A stretch of 64,000 nt of DNA, taken from Eledone cirrhosa (lineage: Eukaryota). The DNA lies in assembly GCA_964016885.1 (NCBI GenBank), contig OZ024744.1, forward strand, positions 15,438,001 to 15,502,000, in the 5' to 3' direction. Of the stretch, positions 58,399-64,000 are shown piece after piece. A model generated the notes under the pieces. The model did not search any database and was not told the origin of the DNA. It was given only the letters and a program-made list of their open reading frames with translations. Within the stretch, counting starts at the first letter, position 1. Every line of letters starts with the position of its first letter. Position numbers and translations under genes: made by a program.

Positions 58399-61300
58399 TA
58401 CACACTCTCCCACAAAAGTCCACCCATTCCCACAAGTAATGGCAAATGTCCAATACTCTCTCACATATACACACTCTCTCTCTCACATACACACTCTCCC
58501 ACAAAAGTCCACCCATTCCCACAAGTAATGGCAAATGTCCAAAACTCTCTCACATATACACTCTCTCTCTCTCACATACACACTCTCCCACAAAAGTCCA
58601 CCCATTCCCACAATTAATGGCAAATGTCCAAAACTCTCTCACATATACACTCTCTCTCCCTCTCACATACACACTCTCCCACAAAAGTCCACCCATTCCC
58701 ACAAGTAATGGCAAATGTCCAAAACTCTCTCACATATACACTCTCTCTCTCTCTCACATACACACTCTCCCACAAAAGTCCACCCATTCCCACAAGTAAT
58801 GGCAAATGTCCAAAACTCTCTCACATATACACTCTCTCTCTCTCTCTCTCACTCTCTCTCTCTCTCACTCTCTCTCTCTCTCACATACACACTCTCCCAC
58901 AAAAGTCCACCCATTCCCACAAGTAATGGCAAATGTCCAAAACTCTCTCACATATACACTCTCTCTCACATACACACTCTCCCACAAAAGTCCACCCATT
59001 CCCACAAGTAATGGCAAATGTCCAAAACTCTCTCACATATACACTCTCTCTCTCTCACATACACACTCTCCCACAAAAGTCCACCCATTCCCACAAGTAA
59101 TGGCAAATGTCCAAAACTCTCTCACATATACACTCTCTCTCTCTCTCACATACACACTCTCCCACAAAAGTCCACCCATTCCCACAAGTAATGGCAAATG
59201 TCCAAAACTCTCTCACATACACACTCTCCCACAAAAGTCCACCCATTCCCACAAGTAGTGGCAAATGTCCAAAACTCTCTCACATATACACTCTCTCTCT
59301 CACATACACACTCTCCCACAAAAGTCCACCCATTCCCACAAGTAATGGCAAATGTCCAAAACTCTCTCACATATACACTCTCTCTCTCTCTCACATACAC
59401 ACTCTCCCACAAAAGTCCACCCATTCCCACAAGTAATGGCAAATGTCCAAAACTCTCTCACATATACACTCTCTCTCTCTCACATACACACTCTCCCACA
59501 AAAGTCCACCCATTCCCACAAGTAATGGCAAATGTCCAAAACTCTCTCACATATACACTCTCTCTCTCTCTCTCACATACACACTCTCCCACAAAAGTCC
59601 ACCCATTCCCACAAGTAATGGCAAGTGTCCAAAACTCTCTCACATATACACTCTCTCTCTCTCACATACACACTCTCCCACAAAAGTCCAGCCATTCCCA
59701 CAAGTAATGGCAAATATCCAAAACTCTCTCACATATACACTCTCTCTCTCTCACATACACACTCTCCCACAAAAGTCCACCCATTCCCACAAGTAATGAC
59801 AAATGTCCAAAACTCTCTCACATATACACTCTCTCTCTCTCACATACACACTCTCCCACAAAAGTCCACCCATTCCCACAAGTAATGGCAAATGTCCAAA
59901 ACTCTCTCACATATACACTCTCTCTCTCTCACATACACACTCTCCCACAAAAGTCCACCCATTCCCACAAGTAATGGCAAATGTCCAATACTCTCTCACA
60001 TATACACACTCTCTCTCTCACATACACACTCTCCCACAAAAGTCCACCCATTCCCACAAGTAATGGCAAATGTCCAAAACTCTCTCACATATACACTCTC
60101 TCTCCCTCTCACATACACACTCTCCCACAAAAGTCCACCCATTCCCACAAGTAATGGCAAATATCCAAAACTCTCACATATACACTCTCTCTCTCTCTCT
60201 CACATACACACTCTCCCACAAAAGTCCACCCATTCCCACAAGTAATGGAAAATGTCCAAAACTGTCTCACATATACACTCTCTCTCACATACACACTCTC
60301 CCACAAAAGTCCACCCATTCCCACAAGTAATGGCAAAAGTCCAAAACTCTCTCACATATACACTCTCTCTCTCTCACATACACACTCTCCCACAAAAGTC
60401 CACCCATTCCCACAAGTAATGGCAAATGTCCAAAACTCTCTCACATATACACACTCTCTCTCTCACATAACACTCTCCCACAAAAGTCCACCCATTCCCA
60501 CTAGTAATGGCAAATGTCCAAAACTCTCTCACATATACACTCTCTCTCACATACACACTCTCCCACAAAAGTCCACCCATTCCCACAAGTAATGGCAAAT
60601 GTCCAAAACTCTCTCACATATACACTCTCTCTCTCTCACATACACACTCTCCCACAAAAGTCCACCCATTCCCACAAGTAATGGCAAATGTCCAAAACTC
60701 TCTCACATATACACTCTCTCTCTCTCTCACATACACACTCTCCCACAAAAGTCCACCCATTCCCACAAGTAATGGCAAATGTCCAAAACTCTCTCACATA
60801 CACACTCTCCCACAAAAGTCCACCCATTCCCACAAGTAGTGGCAAATGTCCAAAACTCTCTCACATATATACTCTCTCTCTCTCACATACACACTCTCCC
60901 ACAAAAGTCCACCCATTTTCACAAGTAATGGCAAATGTCCAAAACTCTCTCACATATACACTCTCTCTCTCTCTCACATACACACTCTCCCACAAAATTC
61001 CACCCATTCCCACAAGTAATGGCAAATGTCCAAAACTATCTCACATATACACTCTCTCTCTCTCACATACACACTCTCCCACAAAAGTCCACCCATTCCC
61101 ACAAGTAATGGCAAATGTCCAAAACTCTCTCACATATACACTCTCTCTCTCTCTCTCTCTCTCTCACATACACACTCTCCCACAAAAGTCCACCCATTCC
61201 CACAAGTAATGGCCAATGTCCAAAACTCTCTCACATATACACACTCTCTCTCTCACATACACACTCTCCCACAAAAGTCCACCCATTCCCACAAGTAATG

Positions 61301-64000
61301 GCAAATATCCAAAACTCTCTCACATATACACTCTCTCTCTCTCACATACACACTCTCCCACAAAAGTCCACCCATTCCCACAAGTAATGGCAAATATCCA
61401 AAACTCTCACATATACACTCTCTCTCTCTCTCTCACATACACACTCTCCCACAAAAGTCCACCCATTCCCACAAGTAATGGAAAATGTCCAAAACTGTCT
61501 CACATATACACTCTCTCTCACATACACACTCTCCCACAAAAGTCCACCCATTCCCACAAGTAATGGCAAAAGTCCAAAACTCTCTCACATATACACTCTC
61601 TCTCTCTCTCACATACACACTCTGCCACAAAAGTCCACCCATTCTCACAAGTAATGGCAAATGTCCAAAACTCTCTCACATATACACTCTCTCTCTCTCA
61701 CATAACACTCTCCCACAAAAGTCCACCCATTCCCACTAGTAATGGCAAATGTCCAAAACTCTCTCACATATACACTCTCTCTCACATACACACTCTCCCA
61801 CAAAAGTCCACCCATTCCCACAAGTAATGGCAAATGTCCAAAACTCTCTCACATATACACTCTCTCTCTCTCACATACACACTCTCCCACAAAAGTCCAC
61901 CCATTCCCACAAGTAATGGCAAATGTCCAAAACTCTCTCACATATACACTCTCTCTCTCTCACATAACACTCTCCCACAAAAGTCCACCCATTCCCACTA
62001 GTAATGGCAAATGTCCAAAACTCTCTCACATATACACTCTCTCTCACATACACACTCTCCCACAAAAGTCCACCCATTCCCACAAGTAATGGCAAATGTC
62101 CAAAACTCTCTCACATATACACTCTCTCTCTCTCACATACACACTCTCCCACAAAAGTCCACCCATTCCCACAAGTAATGGCAAATGTCCAAAACTCTCT
62201 CACATATACACTCTCTCTCTCTCTCACATACACACTCTCCCACAAAAGTCCACCCATTCCCACAAGTAATGGCAAATGTCCAAAACTCTCTCACATACAC
62301 ACTCTCCCACAAAAGTCCACCCATTCCCACAAGTAGTGGCAAATGTCCAAAACTCTCTCACATATATACTCTCTCTCTCTCACATACACACTCTCCCACA
62401 AAAGTCCACCCATTTTCACAAGTAATGGCAAATGTCCAAAACTCTCTCACATATACACTCTCTCTCTCTCTCACATACACACTCTCCCACAAAATTCCAC
62501 CCATTCCCACAAGTAATGGCAAATGTCCAAAACTATCTCACATATACACTCTCTCTCTCTCACATACACACTCTCCCACAAAAGTCCACCCATTCCCACA
62601 AGTAATGGCAAATGTCCAAAACTCTCTCACATATACACTCTCTCTCTCTCTCTCTCTCTCACATACACACTCTCCCACAAAAGTCCACCCATTCCCACAA
62701 GTAATGGCAAATATCCAAAACTCTCTCACATATACACTCTCTCTCTCTCACATACACACTCTCCCACAAAAGTCCACCCATTCCCACAAGTAATGGCAAA
62801 TATCCAAAACTCTCACATATACACTCTCTCTCTCTCTCTCACATACACACTCTCCCACAAAAGTCCACCCATTCCCACAAGTAATGGAAAATGTCCAAAA
62901 CTGTCTCACATATACACTCTCTCTCACATACACACTCTCCCACAAAAGTCCACCCATTCCCACAAGTAATGGCAAAAGTCCAAAACTCTCTCACATATAC
63001 ACTCTCTCTCTCTCACATACACACTCTCCCACAAAAGTCCACCCATTCTCACAAGTAATGGCAAATGTCCAAAACTCTCTCACATATACACTCTCTCTCT
63101 CTCTCACATACACACTCTCCCATAAAAGTCCACCCATTCCCACAAGTAATGGCAAATGTCCAAAACTCTCTTACATATACACTCTCTCTCTCTCACATAA
63201 CACTCTCCCACAAAAGTCCACCCATTCCCACTAGTAATGGCAAATGTCCAAAACTCTCTCACATATACACTCTCTCTCACATACACACTCTCCCACAAAA
63301 GTCCACCCATTCCCACAAGTAATGGCAAATGTCCAAAACTCTCTCACATATACACTCTCTCTCTCTCACATACACACTCTCCCACAAAAGTCCACCCATT
63401 CCCACAAGTAATGGCAAATGTCCAAAACTCTCTCACATATACACTCTCTCTCTCTCTCACATACACACTCTCCCACAAAAGTCCACCCATTCCCACAAGT
63501 AATGGCAAATGTCCAAAACTCTCTCACATACACACTCTCCCACAAAAGTCCACCCATTCCCACAAGTAGTGGCAAATGTCCAAAACTCTCTCACATATAT
63601 ACTCTCTCTCTCTCACATACACACTCTCCCACAAAAGTCCACCCATTTTCACAAGTAATGGCAAATGTCCAAAACTCTCTCACATATACACTCTCTCTCT
63701 CTCTCACATACACACTCTCCCACAAAATTCCACCCATTCCCACAAGTAATGGCAAATGTCCAAAACTATCTCACATATACACTCTCTCTCTCTCACATAC
63801 ACACTCTCCCACAAAAGTCCACCCATTCCCACAAGTAATGGCAAATGTCCAAAACTCTCTCACATATACACTCTCTCTCTCTCTCTCTCTCTCTCACATA
63901 CACACTCTCCCACAAAAGTCCACCCATTCCCACTAGTAATGGCAAATGTCCAAAACTCTCTCACATATACACTCTCTCTCTCTCTCACATACACACTCTC
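49780..64000 (+). repeat. Tandem duplication, 7152-bp period, ~2 copies visible
   Basis: ORFs at 49846/56998, 51654/58806, 53093/60245 and 56266/63418. Shared private variants: CCAATAAG, interrupted CT tract, GGCCAATG, CTGCCAC, CTCTTACA. Confidence 0.95.

Larger units (their letters stand above)
1..64000 (+). repeat. Tandem satellite DNA array, ~89-bp monomer (common variants 67, 73, 83-95, up to ~129 bp), extending beyond both window edges
   Basis: The core CCCACAAAAGTCCACCCATTCCCACAAGTAATGGCAAATGTCCAAAAC recurs continuously from the first to the last line. Successive ATGTCC starts are 89 or 91 bp apart (710, 799; 2622, 2713). No inversion or non-repeat insertion was seen. Confidence 0.99.

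Noticed and set aside
217-63936. Hundreds of ORFs of 60-320 aa on both strands (S/H/T/L-rich or ERER/CVC-rich)
   Set aside because: They are translations of the same monomer in rotating frames. The 89-bp unit is not a multiple of 3, CT slips shift frame freely, and no domain, promoter or splice context is evident. Long ORFs reflect the scarcity of stop codons.
1-64000. CRISPR-like appearance of a constant core separated by a variable segment
   Set aside because: The variable part is only CT length variation, not unique spacers, and there are no cas genes or leader.
1-64000. Telomeric repeat, suggested by C-rich strand skew
   Set aside because: There are no CCCTAA, CCCTAAA or CCTAA arrays and the unit is 89 bp. 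A subtelomeric location remains possible but is unsupported here.
1-64000. Known satellites (human HSat2/3 via CATTCC, alpha satellite, CENP-B box)
   Set aside because: There is only one CATTCC per monomer, no pentamer periodicity, no 171-bp unit, and no CpG-containing CENP-B box.
1-64000. Tandem tRNA, 5S or snRNA gene array, or SINE/MITE array
   Set aside because: No cloverleaf, A/B boxes, oligo-T terminator, terminal inverted repeats or target-site duplications were seen. The G-poor strand has little pairing potential.
1-64000. CT-tract lengths as an encoded signal or phase-variation switch
   Set aside because: The length series is explained by slippage plus block duplication, and there is no gene for it to regulate.

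Overview
The whole 64 kb window is one uninterrupted, head-to-tail tandem array of a ~89-bp satellite monomer, roughly 720 copies by length estimate, all in one orientation. Consensus: AAATGTCCAAAACTCTCTCACATATACA(CT)6CACATACACACTCTCCCACAAAAGTCCACCCATTCCCACAAGTAATGGC. I see no genes, RNA genes, transposons or unique sequence, and all ORFs in the track are translations of the repeat. It looks like eukaryotic satellite DNA, possibly (peri)centromeric or subtelomeric; I cannot name the organism or family. The informative structure is in the variants. Monomer length varies through an embedded (CT)n microsatellite (n about 3-25) and recurrent 67- and 73-bp deletion monomers. Diagnostic variants reveal a patchwork of nested, near-identical multi-kb tandem duplications with periods of about 6496, 2968, 2009, 5070, 4000, 3125, 1250 and 7152 bp, rather than one fixed higher-order repeat. 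The monomer has extreme C/G strand skew, no CpG, C-tracts compatible with an i-motif or imperfect G4, and a perfect match to the CSL/RBPJ site (TGTGGGAA). These functional readings are hypotheses only. I found no evidence for a novel protein-coding system.
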